Shown: positions 47,836 through 58,076, counted from the first letter of the stretch. The stretch is DNA of 64,000 nucleotides from Chryseolinea sp. (GCA_031388805.1 JANMRZ010000112.1:17885-81884), one strand, 5' to 3'. Made by a program: numbers and translations. Notes: a model not told the origin generated them from the sequence alone.

Positions 47836-50415
47836 ATGACTAAAAATATTTTCTTTCCGATTGTATTATTAATTGTTTGTGTCTTGTCCGCCACTGCGCA
47901 AAAGACTGCAGACGTATATGTAGATAAACATGGCGTGATGCGCTGGGGAAATTCGAGAGAGGAAGTGCATGGATTCGGGGTAAATTATACGGCTCCGTTT
48001 GCTCATGGCTATCGTTCAGCAAAAGCTCTCAACATTGATCTTGAAAAAGCAATTGATGATGATGTGTATCATTTTGCCCGTCTTGGTTTCGATGCCTTCA
48101 GAGTTCACGTGTGGGATACAGAGATTAGTGATTCAGTTGGTAATCTGATTGACAATGAGCATCTGCGACTTTTCGATTACATGGTAATGAAGATGAAAGA
48201 GCGTGGAATAAAAGTATTGCTCACACCGATCGCTTTTTGGGGAAATGGATATCCTGATCAGGATGAAAAGACGGCAGGTTTTTCTTTTAAATATGGAAAA
48301 GATGCTTGTCTTGTAAATGAAGATGCTATTAAGGCACAGGAGAATTATTTATTTCAGTTTTTAAATCATGTTAACTCTTACACCAAGGTAGCTTATAAAA
48401 GTGATCCGGATATTATTGCGTTTGAAATTAGCAATGAACCACATCACAAAGGTACACCAGCAGAAGTGACTACGTTTATTAATCGAATGGTGAAATCGAT
48501 GAAGAAGACAGGTTGTAAGAAACCCATCTTTTACAATATCAGTCACAGCATACATTTGAGCAAAGCCTATTTTAATTCTAATATTAAAGGAGGAACATTT
48601 CAATGGTACCCAACCGGATTGGGAGCACAGCATGAGTTGCGTGGAAATTTTTTACCAAACGTAGATCAATACACAATCCCCTTTGCAGCAGATCCAAAAT
48701 TTAAAGTATCTGCAAAAGTTGTTTATGAATTTGATGCTGCAGATATAGGAAGATCATACATCTATCCTGCAATGGCAAGAAGTTTCAGAGAAGCTGGAAT
48801 ACAATGGGCAACTCACTTTGCATACGATCCTACCTACATGGCGTACGCGAATACAGAGTACAACACACACTATATGAATTTGGTCTATGCACCACAAAAA
48901 GCATTAAGCTTAAAATTGGCGTCAGAAGTTTTTCACAATGTTTCACTATATAAAAGTTATGGTCGCTATCCTGATAATGCTACGTTCGATTCCTTTCATG
49001 TGAGTTATGAAAATGATCTTGCGGAAATGGTTACGGATAAAAAATTCATATACACGAATAACACAACTACAAAACCTACAAAACCAGAAGCATTAGAATC
49101 AATAAGTGGTTTTGGCAATTCTTCCATCGTGACCTATGAAGGTAAGGGAGCCTATTTTTTAGATAAAGTTGAGCAAGGTGTTTGGCGATTGGAAGTTATG
49201 CCCGATGCCATTTGGGTTGATAATATTTTCGGACGAAATAATTTAAAGAAAGAAGTAGCCGTGATCAATTGGAGAATATGGCCAATCAAAATTTCACTTC
49301 CTGATTTGGGTAATCAGTTTAAGGTAATATCCCTTGATGGAAACTTCTCAGATTTTGAAAATTCAGAAAATTCTTTTCAGGTTCGCCCCGGTGTTTACTT
49401 ATTGGTGAAGAATGGTGTAACTACTAAAGTGACAGGTAAGAATAAATTAGGAAATATAAGATTAGATGAATTTACTGCACCTAAAACATCAGTAGAAAAA
49501 ACATATGTACTCCACACACCATTCACTGAGATCGCAGAGAATACAGATTTGAAAATCAAAGTATCAGTGATTACAAAAGAAATACCTGAATTAGTTCAGT
49601 TGCACATCAATTCAGCAAACGGAAATAAGCTAATTGAAATGAGCCGCATAGCAGCGTATGATTACGAAGCGACTATTCCATCAACAGAAATTCAACGAGG
49701 TTATGTAACCTACTCCATTCGTGTTAAGCAGGATGGAATAACGCAAGCATTTCCTTCAGGCTCAATAGGTCCAATTTCGAAGTGGGATACTCCGGATGAT
49801 AAGTCCTATAAAATTGCTGTGGTTTCAAAAACGAATAGTTTGTATTTGTTCAATGCTATCACCGATGCAGATGAAGTATCGAAGGAATGGAGAAGAGGAT
49901 CAAACCTTTTACCAGGAAACGAACCCAATACTGCATTAATGACAATGAAAATTCCAAGCCTTGGTAATGTAGATTCTGAAAATTTGAATGGTCAGAAAGT
50001 CGAGGACTATTCTTTGCGTTATAATTTTTCAAAGAAAATTAAAGGAAGAGCAAATGAATTTGAACACCTTACTAAACTAATTGTGAAGGCTTCCTTGTTA
50101 AATGCAAAGCCTTTTGCTATCCAGGTTGCACTGGTGACAAAGAATGGAAATGCGTATGGAGGACTCATTACAGTAAATGACTTAGCGGCTAAAGATTACA
50201 CTTTGAATATTTCTGATTTAAGACCGGTGAAACTGGTAACACTACCAAGACCATACCCCAGTTTTTTAAATTATTATTTTGAAGGAACAACTTCAAACGA
50301 ATCATTAAAACTAAATGACGTAGAGACGTTGCAAATTTCGGTTGGGCCAGGCATAGACACATCACACTTAAAAAACGAGTTTTCTTTTGGGTTAGAAAAT
50401 GTTCGATTGGAGTAA
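47836..50415 (+). CDS. Clan GH-A glycoside hydrolase, probably GH147 beta-galactosidase
   Basis: Signal peptide; VYVDKHGVMRW...FGVNYTAPFAHGYR, ISNEPHH acid/base, VYEFD. Size and galactan-PUL context fit GH147 as I recall it; not searched. Confidence 0.62.
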   Translation: MTKNIFFPIVLLIVCVLSATAQKTADVYVDKHGVMRWGNSREEVHGFGVNYTAPFAHGYRSAKALNIDLEKAIDDDVYHFARLGFDAFRVHVWDTEISDSVGNLIDNEHLRLFDYMVMKMKERGIKVLLTPIAFWGNGYPDQDEKTAGFSFKYGKDACLVNEDAIKAQENYLFQFLNHVNSYTKVAYKSDPDIIAFEISNEPHHKGTPAEVTTFINRMVKSMKKTGCKKPIFYNISHSIHLSKAYFNSNIKGGTFQWYPTGLGAQHELRGNFLPNVDQYTIPFAADPKFKVSAKVVYEFDAADIGRSYIYPAMARSFREAGIQWATHFAYDPTYMAYANTEYNTHYMNLVYAPQKALSLKLASEVFHNVSLYKSYGRYPDNATFDSFHVSYENDLAEMVTDKKFIYTNNTTTKPTKPEALESISGFGNSSIVTYEGKGAYFLDKVEQGVWRLEVMPDAIWVDNIFGRNNLKKEVAVINWRIWPIKISLPDLGNQFKVISLDGNFSDFENSENSFQVRPGVYLLVKNGVTTKVTGKNKLGNIRLDEFTAPKTSVEKTYVLHTPFTEIAENTDLKIKVSVITKEIPELVQLHINSANGNKLIEMSRIAAYDYEATIPSTEIQRGYVTYSIRVKQDGITQAFPSGSIGPISKWDTPDDKSYKIAVVSKTNSLYLFNAITDADEVSKEWRRGSNLLPGNEPNTALMTMKIPSLGNVDSENLNGQKVEDYSLRYNFSKKIKGRANEFEHLTKLIVKASLLNAKPFAIQVALVTKNGNAYGGLITVNDLAAKDYTLNISDLRPVKLVTLPRPYPSFLNYYFEGTTSNESLKLNDVETLQISVGPGIDTSHLKNEFSFGLENVRLE

Positions 50416-50436
50416 GTTGTTTGAATTACTTGCATA

Positions 50437-50474
50437 AAACAAGAAGCCTCTGCATGCAGGGGCTTTTGTTTTTT
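50437..50474 (+). terminator. Rho-independent terminator ending the PUL
   Basis: AAGCCTCTGC-AT-GCAGGGGCTT followed by TTGTTTTTT. Confidence 0.7.
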
Positions 50475-50523
50475 ATGTCGAGGTGACCGTAAAATTCGGA
50501 ACCAGTTACATAATGATCTAAAA

Positions 50524-51117
50524 CTACTTTATAATTCGATTTGCTATCCGAATCATCTGGTGAATTTTATCGTCCAGACGTTGGGCATGTGTTGACATAT
50601 AATTAAGGTAGGTCTCCATTTCAGTATTGTCTTTTCGTAGGCGGGCAAGATTAATCAAACCTTGAATTGTTGCCAGCGGACCTCTTAGATTATGTGCCAT
50701 CCAATATGTTAATTTGTCTAAGGCAGGAATTGCAGCATGCTCCAGGTGGTTTCGCGAGATTCTTACCCGCATAGCAATCGGTGATATACTATGTCTTGTA
50801 TGACACTGGAAGCCACAAATTTCTACCTGAACATTCTCTTCATTATGACCCTTGAGCAAATACGTTTGCCATTCAAAAAAATTTCCTGCGATCTGGATCA
50901 TGAAGGTTGACTTAAGATCATCTTTGTAGGATATGAAATTTATATTTTTATTTCTCAACGTTCCATAGCTATAGTTCAGTAATTCCTCAATATTTCTCCC
51001 AGCCAGTTTTATATAATAATTTCTGTCCAAAAAAATGTATTCCGGAAACATGTACGATAATTTTCTGTACTCTTCCTCAGTCTTTATAAAGCCCCGTTGT
51101 TCACAATTACTTTGCAT
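50524..51117 (-). CDS. PAS-like + HisKA protein lacking the ATPase domain
   Basis: AHNLRGPLATIQGLINL H-box; the protein ends after the DHp helices. Confidence 0.68.
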   Translation of the reverse strand: MQSNCEQRGFIKTEEEYRKLSYMFPEYIFLDRNYYIKLAGRNIEELLNYSYGTLRNKNINFISYKDDLKSTFMIQIAGNFFEWQTYLLKGHNEENVQVEICGFQCHTRHSISPIAMRVRISRNHLEHAAIPALDKLTYWMAHNLRGPLATIQGLINLARLRKDNTEMETYLNYMSTHAQRLDDKIHQMIRIANRIIK

Positions 51118-51198
51118 GGCTAATCATTTCTGGTTTTAAAAAGTGTTCGCGCTCGTAAGATTTACGGATCCAAATTTTTTAAGATAAATTTGTTTTAC

Positions 51199-53820
51199 CT
51201 AAGCGACCTTCATTCTCGCATGACCATTCCTTGGTCCTTTTTTAGCAGGACGGGAATCTTGTGCCCGGAGACCAAATCTTTTCGCCTGCCTTTCGAACAT
51301 CAGAGAGGCAACGGTTTCATCTGTAAAGTGATAGAGCATCACTGAATACTTTACAATCTTTCCTTGTTCATTTTTTACAGGCGCAACGGTTGCCTCCGCC
51401 CAAAATGCTGAACCATCTTTCGCTTTGGTTTTTAACATGAAGCGAAGAGTTTTTCCTTGTCTTATTTTGTTCCATATGGTACAGCATAGTTCTTGAGACA
51501 TATCCCGATGCCAAAGCGTATTATGCGGTTTGCCAATAAGGTCTTTTCGTTCGTATCCGGAAATTTTTGAAGGTGCTTCATCCACTTCCTTGATTATACC
51601 ATCTGTATCCATTTCATATAGCATGGTAGTATCGGTAAAAGCGAGTTCACGTCCCCTGGCCTCTAACGCTTGATTTTTGTTTTGCGATTCGTGAATCCGT
51701 TGCCCCAACTCCCTTTGTGCGTTGATCAATGCGGTGACATTTTTGGCAAATATGGCAGCGCCACATATTTCCTGCTTATCATTGCGCAAAGGGCTATAGC
51801 TTAATATTACATGGGTATCCACACCCTGATATGTAAAGGCCTGGTTAAGCTCAAAGCTTTCACCGGCAAAAACACGTGCATAGATATCAATCTGAATTTT
51901 ATGCTCATCCGTCTGCAATACCGAAATCATGTCCATGCCTTTTACAACCTCTACCTGACGGGCAGCAAACACGTTTACAAAATTCTTATTAAAACTAAGC
52001 AGCTTGTACTGACAGTCAATCGTCCAAATAGAATCGACTGATGCATTGATCAATTCATTGAGATCGCTTTCTTTCTGCTTTACCTCTTTGAGCATTCGCT
52101 GCATTTCTGAAACATCTTTGCTAAAAACAACAGTAGCAAAAATTTCTCCTTTGTCATTTATGATTGGTGCGTGATTGATCAGGGAATAAACATCCAAGCC
52201 TTGTTGGTTAAAATGTTCGGTCAGTTGAAAGCTCTCTCCATTGAATGCGCGGTCATAATTTGCTTTCTGTAACAAATATTTATCTCCTTCGAATATACTG
52301 AGTATTGGGAATCCTTTTGTGATTTGAAGACCTAACATCTTCATGCCATCGGCCATAGCTTTATTAAATGTAACGACCTTGTATTCCCGGTCCACCGTAA
52401 AAATGACATCGCTTGATATATTGATAATATCATCCAGGTATTTCTCTTTACTCTGCACCTCAAGAATGATTCGTTGCATCTCGTCTTGAGTTGCCGAAAG
52501 TTCTTCCATGTTCTGACGAAGTTCTTCTTCCTGCGCTTTGAGTTCTTCGTTGCGCTGCTGCGCTTCGTTAGCAAGGGTTTCCGCATTCTTTTGAGCTTTC
52601 ATCATTTCACTGATGTCCTTTGCAAATACCGCGGCAGCAATCACTTCGCCATCGTTGTTGCGAATGGGTGTATATTGAATCAAGAAATACGAATCGAAGC
52701 CATGAGACTGATATCGTTCCGTGAGCTGAAATCCTTCACCACTTAGCGAGCGTTCATAGTGGGCTATATATTTCGGTCTATCCACTTCACTAAACAGTTT
52801 TAAAATATCAAATCCTTTCCCCACTTCAACCCCCATGGCCGCGTACGATTCAATCAGGGTTTTGTTGGCACTCACTACTTTGAATTGCTTGTCAACAACC
52901 AGGATAGAGTCTGATGATGAATTGATCAATTCATTCATGTAACGCTCTTGTCCCTGCACCTCTTTTAAAATGCGCTGCATTTCTTCCTGTGTGGCAGTAA
53001 GTTCCTCCATGTTTTGCCGAACTTCTTCTTCTTGCGCTCGCATCTGCTCGGCCTGTACCTGAGTTTCACGAAGCAGATCTCCTGTCCTTTGATTTACCTT
53101 AACAGAGGCAATGGTTGAAGCAATGCTCTCACCCAGTCGTTCTACAAACTGAATCTGATAAGAATGAATAATCTCAAAGGAAGCGATCTCTACAATGCCA
53201 AAAACTTTCTGGTCAAGTTTTAAGGGTACGAGCAATAGATTGCGTGGCAATGCTTCCCCTAACCCTGAAGTTATTTTGATGTAATCAGAAGGAATATTGG
53301 TCATGTAAACAGTTGACTTCTCGAAGACAGCCTGACCTGCAAGACCCTCACCTAGTTCAATGCGCTGGTTCAGATGTTTTTTTCTTCCGTACGCATAACA
53401 GGCTACCAGTTCTATAAATTCGTCTTTTACATTGTCGTTATTGATCAGGTAAAGCGCACCTTGATTAGCGTTCATATATTTTACAAGATTGCTGATAATG
53501 CTATCCGAGAGTTCGTGAAGATTGTTGTTTTTGGAACGCAATATCTCCACAAACTTGGCCAGCCCTTCCGTTACCCAGTTCCGTTGTTTTTCCTCTTGAG
53601 AAATTTTCTTCATTTGATCACGCATACTAATCAGTGAAGAAGCTAGTTCGTTTCCTACCACATTCTTGTCGGAAAGATGATAGGTGGCATCAAGATTTCC
53701 ATGCTCGATCTCGTGGATGAATTGCCCGGCAGCCATCATCTGTGCTTTGCGAGCGGTTAACTCTTGGTTGATTTGATTTAGCAGGGCATAGCGTACCCAT
53801 GTGTAGGATAATAGTTTCAT
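51199..53820 (-). CDS. HAMP-GAF-multi-PAS coiled-coil signalling protein with no evident output domain
   Basis: GAF (LVACYAY...GEGLAGQ), repeated AQEEELRQNMEELxATQ linkers, three similar PAS domains and a C-terminal Aer-like PAS. Confidence 0.8.
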   Translation of the reverse strand: MKLLSYTWVRYALLNQINQELTARKAQMMAAGQFIHEIEHGNLDATYHLSDKNVVGNELASSLISMRDQMKKISQEEKQRNWVTEGLAKFVEILRSKNNNLHELSDSIISNLVKYMNANQGALYLINNDNVKDEFIELVACYAYGRKKHLNQRIELGEGLAGQAVFEKSTVYMTNIPSDYIKITSGLGEALPRNLLLVPLKLDQKVFGIVEIASFEIIHSYQIQFVERLGESIASTIASVKVNQRTGDLLRETQVQAEQMRAQEEEVRQNMEELTATQEEMQRILKEVQGQERYMNELINSSSDSILVVDKQFKVVSANKTLIESYAAMGVEVGKGFDILKLFSEVDRPKYIAHYERSLSGEGFQLTERYQSHGFDSYFLIQYTPIRNNDGEVIAAAVFAKDISEMMKAQKNAETLANEAQQRNEELKAQEEELRQNMEELSATQDEMQRIILEVQSKEKYLDDIINISSDVIFTVDREYKVVTFNKAMADGMKMLGLQITKGFPILSIFEGDKYLLQKANYDRAFNGESFQLTEHFNQQGLDVYSLINHAPIINDKGEIFATVVFSKDVSEMQRMLKEVKQKESDLNELINASVDSIWTIDCQYKLLSFNKNFVNVFAARQVEVVKGMDMISVLQTDEHKIQIDIYARVFAGESFELNQAFTYQGVDTHVILSYSPLRNDKQEICGAAIFAKNVTALINAQRELGQRIHESQNKNQALEARGRELAFTDTTMLYEMDTDGIIKEVDEAPSKISGYERKDLIGKPHNTLWHRDMSQELCCTIWNKIRQGKTLRFMLKTKAKDGSAFWAEATVAPVKNEQGKIVKYSVMLYHFTDETVASLMFERQAKRFGLRAQDSRPAKKGPRNGHARMKVA

Positions 53821-53958
53821 ACATATTTTGGGTTAAGTGATTTCGTGAGATGAATTTCAATCGAAATCGGATGCGGTAAAAGAAGTTATGAGTAAGTGGG
53901 TCAGGAATTGAGCATCCGGGATTTACTGGCACGTGGAGAGATGTAGAAATGCTTCACA

Positions 53959-54711
53959 CTACTTTGAAATACTCATATTATAATGATGCAGGAAGTCAAC
54001 TTTTTTTCGTTTTGAAACGTCCAATGAAACCTCATTCGTAAGTATGACATGGCCTCCATCTCCTTTTACATATTTTTTAATAGCGCCAATGTTAACGAGG
54101 TATGAATGATGTATTCGAAAGAAGTTATATTCGATTAGTAAATCTTCATACTCTTTTAGGGTTTTACTCGCCACATATTCTTTACCATCAGACGTATACA
54201 GAACCGTATAGTTGCTGGAAGCTTCACAGTATAAAATATTTTCAATACTGGTAAAAACAATACCGTGGGCGGTGGGCAATCCGATCTTTAATTTTTCCTT
54301 TGGGGCTGTCAGATTATCTCGTAAAATTTGCAGCCGCCCGGAAGTTCTACCTTCGCGTTTTTGTATAACCCTTTGCACGGCACTCTTAAGTTCTTCGATA
54401 TCGATGGGTTTAAGGAGATAATCGATAGCCGAAAATTTGATTGCCTTAATTGCATAATCAGCGTAGGCCGTAATGAAAATCACTTCAAAATCAATCTGGT
54501 GGATCTTATTCAACAAATCAAAGCCAGTCTCCTGCTGCATCTCAATGTCGAGGAACACAATATCTGGCTTTGTGTTGTTGATGGCAGTAACAGCTTCGTC
54601 TACGGTAGCACATAAAGCTTCAACAGCAATGTTCTTCACAAAATCCTGAAGCACAATTTGCAGGTTTTCTCTGGATTTGGGCTCATCATCAACAATGATA
54701 GATTTGAGCAT
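53959..54711 (-). CDS. LytTR-family response regulator
   Basis: IVDDE, FLDIEM, FITAY, DYLLKP; LytTR FFRIHHSYLVN, VSKRKK. Confidence 0.93.
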   Translation of the reverse strand: MLKSIIVDDEPKSRENLQIVLQDFVKNIAVEALCATVDEAVTAINNTKPDIVFLDIEMQQETGFDLLNKIHQIDFEVIFITAYADYAIKAIKFSAIDYLLKPIDIEELKSAVQRVIQKREGRTSGRLQILRDNLTAPKEKLKIGLPTAHGIVFTSIENILYCEASSNYTVLYTSDGKEYVASKTLKEYEDLLIEYNFFRIHHSYLVNIGAIKKYVKGDGGHVILTNEVSLDVSKRKKVDFLHHYNMSISK

Positions 54712-54758
54712 AGAGGTTTGTAATGGGAGTATTCTAAATTACAATTTACCAGCCGATT

Positions 54759-57482
54759 TTACTGTATGCGAAGCCATATTTTTACCCTGGTTCCGATTGG
54801 CTTTCCATCTTCAATGAGATCTTCTGTTTCAATCGCAAGATGGGGGTCAGAATTAATGATCTTTAATCTCTCTTCAGCCAAGGATACACCCAATGATTTG
54901 TGGTGCTCAAGATTTTTCTTCGCCTGTATTTGCGTGGCTGCTGTCCGGCCAATACCATCATCTTCTATTTCAAAAAGGATAAAATCATCAACACTCTTAA
55001 GGATGGATATTTTCAGATTGCCTTCTGATCTTTTATCAAATAATCCATGAAGAATTGCATTTTCAACGAACGGCTGAACTACTAACGCAGGTATCTCAAT
55101 GTTGCCCATATTTAATTTCGGATCAATATTAAATACAACATTAAATTTCTTTTCGAATCGGATGAGCTCAAGATTGATATAATGTTTTAATAAGTCGAGT
55201 TCATCGGAAAGCTTGATCGTATTTTGTGCGGAGCTGGTTAATATGCCACGGATCAATTTTGAAAATGTAGACAGGTATTGTATCGCGTCCTGGCGTTCGT
55301 TTTTAGAAATAAAAAATTGTATTGAGTTAAGGGCATTAAAAATAAAATGAGGATTCATGGCAGAACGAAGTGCCGTGACCCTGGCCTCTCCTAATTTTTT
55401 TTCTACTTCGGCAAGTTGCTCAAGATTTTTGACCACTTCCTGGTGATGTGCAATACGTTCCGTAATATCGGTAGTAAACACAGTTACTCCAGTAACCACT
55501 CCGTTCTCCCGAATGGGGTTCAGTGACACTTCCGAATGACGATCAAAAGCTGAATAGTTTTGAAATACGGCCTCGCCCTGAAGCGCTCTTGAGTACATAT
55601 CTTTCCAAAATGTTTCGGTTTCTGTATCCAGAATTTTATCCAGAATTTTTGTCTTAAGCGAATCGCCTACGTCCAGATTTTCTTTATAGTAATAACTTAC
55701 GTACTGCTTGGTCGCTTCATTACAGGTGAGCAAAATATAATTCAGATCAATCGACCAAATCATCAACCGGGTATTATTTACGGTGGCATTAAGGTTAGCT
55801 TCACTTTGCCTCAACAGATTTTCAACTGCCTTTTGCCGGGTAACATCTCTCACAGAAGAGAGAATGTAGGGCTCATCATACAACTCAACTCTTGTCGCAT
55901 TGATCACCACATAAATCACTTCACCATTCTTTTTGCGCCAGCGTGCCTCATACGATATGTTAGGATCCCTTCTGTAGATTTGATAATACTTATCTCTCTC
56001 TTCTGGGTCGACCCATAGATTAAGTTCTACAGTTGTCTTGCCCAGAGTTTCCTCTCGTGTAAACCCAAGCATGGTCTTTCCATTTTCATTTACGTCTACA
56101 ATTATCTGATCCTGTTCTCGAATGATAGACATTAGATCAGGACTCAGGCTAAAGGCTTTACTAAATTTCTCTTCACTCAACTGTAGTTGTTCCTCTGTTT
56201 CTTTCCTGGCCGTGATGTCTTTTACCAGCGACAGTCGAAAGTATTCTTCTCCTACTTGTACCCGGAGCGAGCTCAACATAATGTAGATTAACTGCCCATC
56301 CTTTTTTCGCCACACAGTTTCACATGTTGCCTTGTGATGATTGGAATAGTCGGAAAAAAAATTGTTTAGTTCACCAGGGTTAACCCACAGGTTCAGCTCA
56401 CGTGCAGTCTTTCCCACCATTTCATTCTCGGAATATCCGGACACAGCCACGGCTTTATTATTAACCTCTACAATCACGCCATCTGATTCGCGTGCGAGTG
56501 ACATAAAATCCGGTGTAAACTTGAATAGAGTGAAAAACTTTTCTTCGCTTGCAAGCAATTGTTCCTGAGCTTCTTTAAACGCTGTAATATCTTGTACTAC
56601 TCCCTGAATTTCCGTCACTTTATTTCCAACATACAACGGATACGCAACAAGCCGTATGTACTTTTTAATGCCCAGCGGTGTTGTGACAGACGAAACAATA
56701 TCGAAGGGTGTTCCCTGGGTTCTGAGTTTGTCAACAGATATTAATATTTCAGATCCTTTCTGTGTTCCATACAATACCTTTAAAAAAAATTCCGGATCGG
56801 TTAGATCAAAGTCCGGGTCAAGACCATAAATAACAAAGAATTCCTCCGAACAGGAACATTTTCCAGTCTTTAAATTAAACTTCCAGCTTCCGGTCTTGGC
56901 AATTTGCTGGGACGTTTTAAGCATGATCTCGCGCTCGGAAAGCAGGTCCATACTTTTGCTGAGTTTTGCGTTTAGCGCTTCCAGATTTTCTTCATTCACT
57001 TTTAATTTTTGTTGATACTCAATCAACTCCTGACTTAACTGTTCCTGAACGAGCAGCGATTTTTGTAGCTGATCCGTTCTCTCATACGTGTCAGTAATAT
57101 CATTCCATGCACCAATGCATCGTAAGGGTTTGCCATCAGCAGCGCGCTGAATCTTCACTTTGTCTCGGATAAAATAACATCTGTCTTTACCGTTAACCCG
57201 GTATTCGTGTTCAAAAGTTGTAACCGATTTGTCCTCAAGAGCACATCGGAAACTTGATACGACTTTTTCACGGTCTTCCTCATGGATAATGTTCATCCAC
57301 GCTTCAATGGAAATATCTTTCTCAGGCAAATTGAATTTTGATATATTTTGAGGTGACGATCGCCAGTCACCCTTACCACTTTGTATATCGTACACCCACT
57401 GCAGTGGAGATGAAATCTCAAGCATAGCGGACAAAATATCCTGTGGGAATGATTGAGATTCGAATGGCCTGAATCTTTCCAT
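54759..57482 (-). CDS. Multi-PAS LytS-type histidine kinase
   Basis: Several PAS/PAC domains; LRSAMNPHFIFNALNSI, IPALVVQPFVENAILHG, EDDGIGR. Confidence 0.9.
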   Translation of the reverse strand: MERFRPFESQSFPQDILSAMLEISSPLQWVYDIQSGKGDWRSSPQNISKFNLPEKDISIEAWMNIIHEEDREKVVSSFRCALEDKSVTTFEHEYRVNGKDRCYFIRDKVKIQRAADGKPLRCIGAWNDITDTYERTDQLQKSLLVQEQLSQELIEYQQKLKVNEENLEALNAKLSKSMDLLSEREIMLKTSQQIAKTGSWKFNLKTGKCSCSEEFFVIYGLDPDFDLTDPEFFLKVLYGTQKGSEILISVDKLRTQGTPFDIVSSVTTPLGIKKYIRLVAYPLYVGNKVTEIQGVVQDITAFKEAQEQLLASEEKFFTLFKFTPDFMSLARESDGVIVEVNNKAVAVSGYSENEMVGKTARELNLWVNPGELNNFFSDYSNHHKATCETVWRKKDGQLIYIMLSSLRVQVGEEYFRLSLVKDITARKETEEQLQLSEEKFSKAFSLSPDLMSIIREQDQIIVDVNENGKTMLGFTREETLGKTTVELNLWVDPEERDKYYQIYRRDPNISYEARWRKKNGEVIYVVINATRVELYDEPYILSSVRDVTRQKAVENLLRQSEANLNATVNNTRLMIWSIDLNYILLTCNEATKQYVSYYYKENLDVGDSLKTKILDKILDTETETFWKDMYSRALQGEAVFQNYSAFDRHSEVSLNPIRENGVVTGVTVFTTDITERIAHHQEVVKNLEQLAEVEKKLGEARVTALRSAMNPHFIFNALNSIQFFISKNERQDAIQYLSTFSKLIRGILTSSAQNTIKLSDELDLLKHYINLELIRFEKKFNVVFNIDPKLNMGNIEIPALVVQPFVENAILHGLFDKRSEGNLKISILKSVDDFILFEIEDDGIGRTAATQIQAKKNLEHHKSLGVSLAEERLKIINSDPHLAIETEDLIEDGKPIGTRVKIWLRIQ

Positions 57483-58001
57483 GACCTACCTTAATTGTAA
57501 TCTAAAATACAAAACAGTTCGCTGATCTGGATTTTTCAATTCGGATTTTAAAAGAGTATCACTTCCAAAATGGGATGTAATAAGAATAGCACGAACTTCC
57601 TTCAGGTTAACAAAAAGTCTTAAAATTTAATAATCTGAACGGTTTTCAGGTTAGTTCTTTCACAGACAATGCAAAATAGATCAGTCTCTGTATCCATTCG
57701 AAACAAGTTCAAATGCAATTCAATGATCAATAAAAAAGCGTGCAAGTTTTGAAAATCTGTAAATGCTCTTTCTTTGCGGGGTGAAATGATTTGAACATTC
57801 AATCACACTACCTTTGACGGGATGCAAGGCATTCCTTTACTTGTGAATTTACTTTTGTGATGATTGTGAGTAGAGTCGTGACGCAAGATTACTAGTGCTT
57901 CCAACGTAATAACAGTGCAACGATGCACTGTAGAAAATAATGTAAACATGATACATAACGAAGTGAATAAGAGATTATCTTCCTAAAACAATCTCTACAA
58001 G

Positions 58002-58076
58002 TCGAGGTGAGATGATTCGAACATCCGACCCCCACGTCCCTAACGTGGTGCGCTAACCGGGCTGCGCTACACCTCG
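58002..58076 (-). tRNA. tRNA-Pro, anticodon AGG as written, CCA not encoded
   Basis: Complete cloverleaf: CGAGGTG/CACCTCG + A73, D-arm GCGC/GCGC, anticodon arm CCACG-TTAGGGA-CGTGG, T-arm GGATG-TTCGAAT-CATCT; C1-G72 and A73 are Pro-like. Confidence 0.9.

Noticed and set aside
26983-51117. Split kinase formed by the HATPase fragment (26983) and the HisKA-only protein (50524)
   Set aside because: The fragment lacks the N-box needed for ATP binding, and the genes are 23 kb apart.
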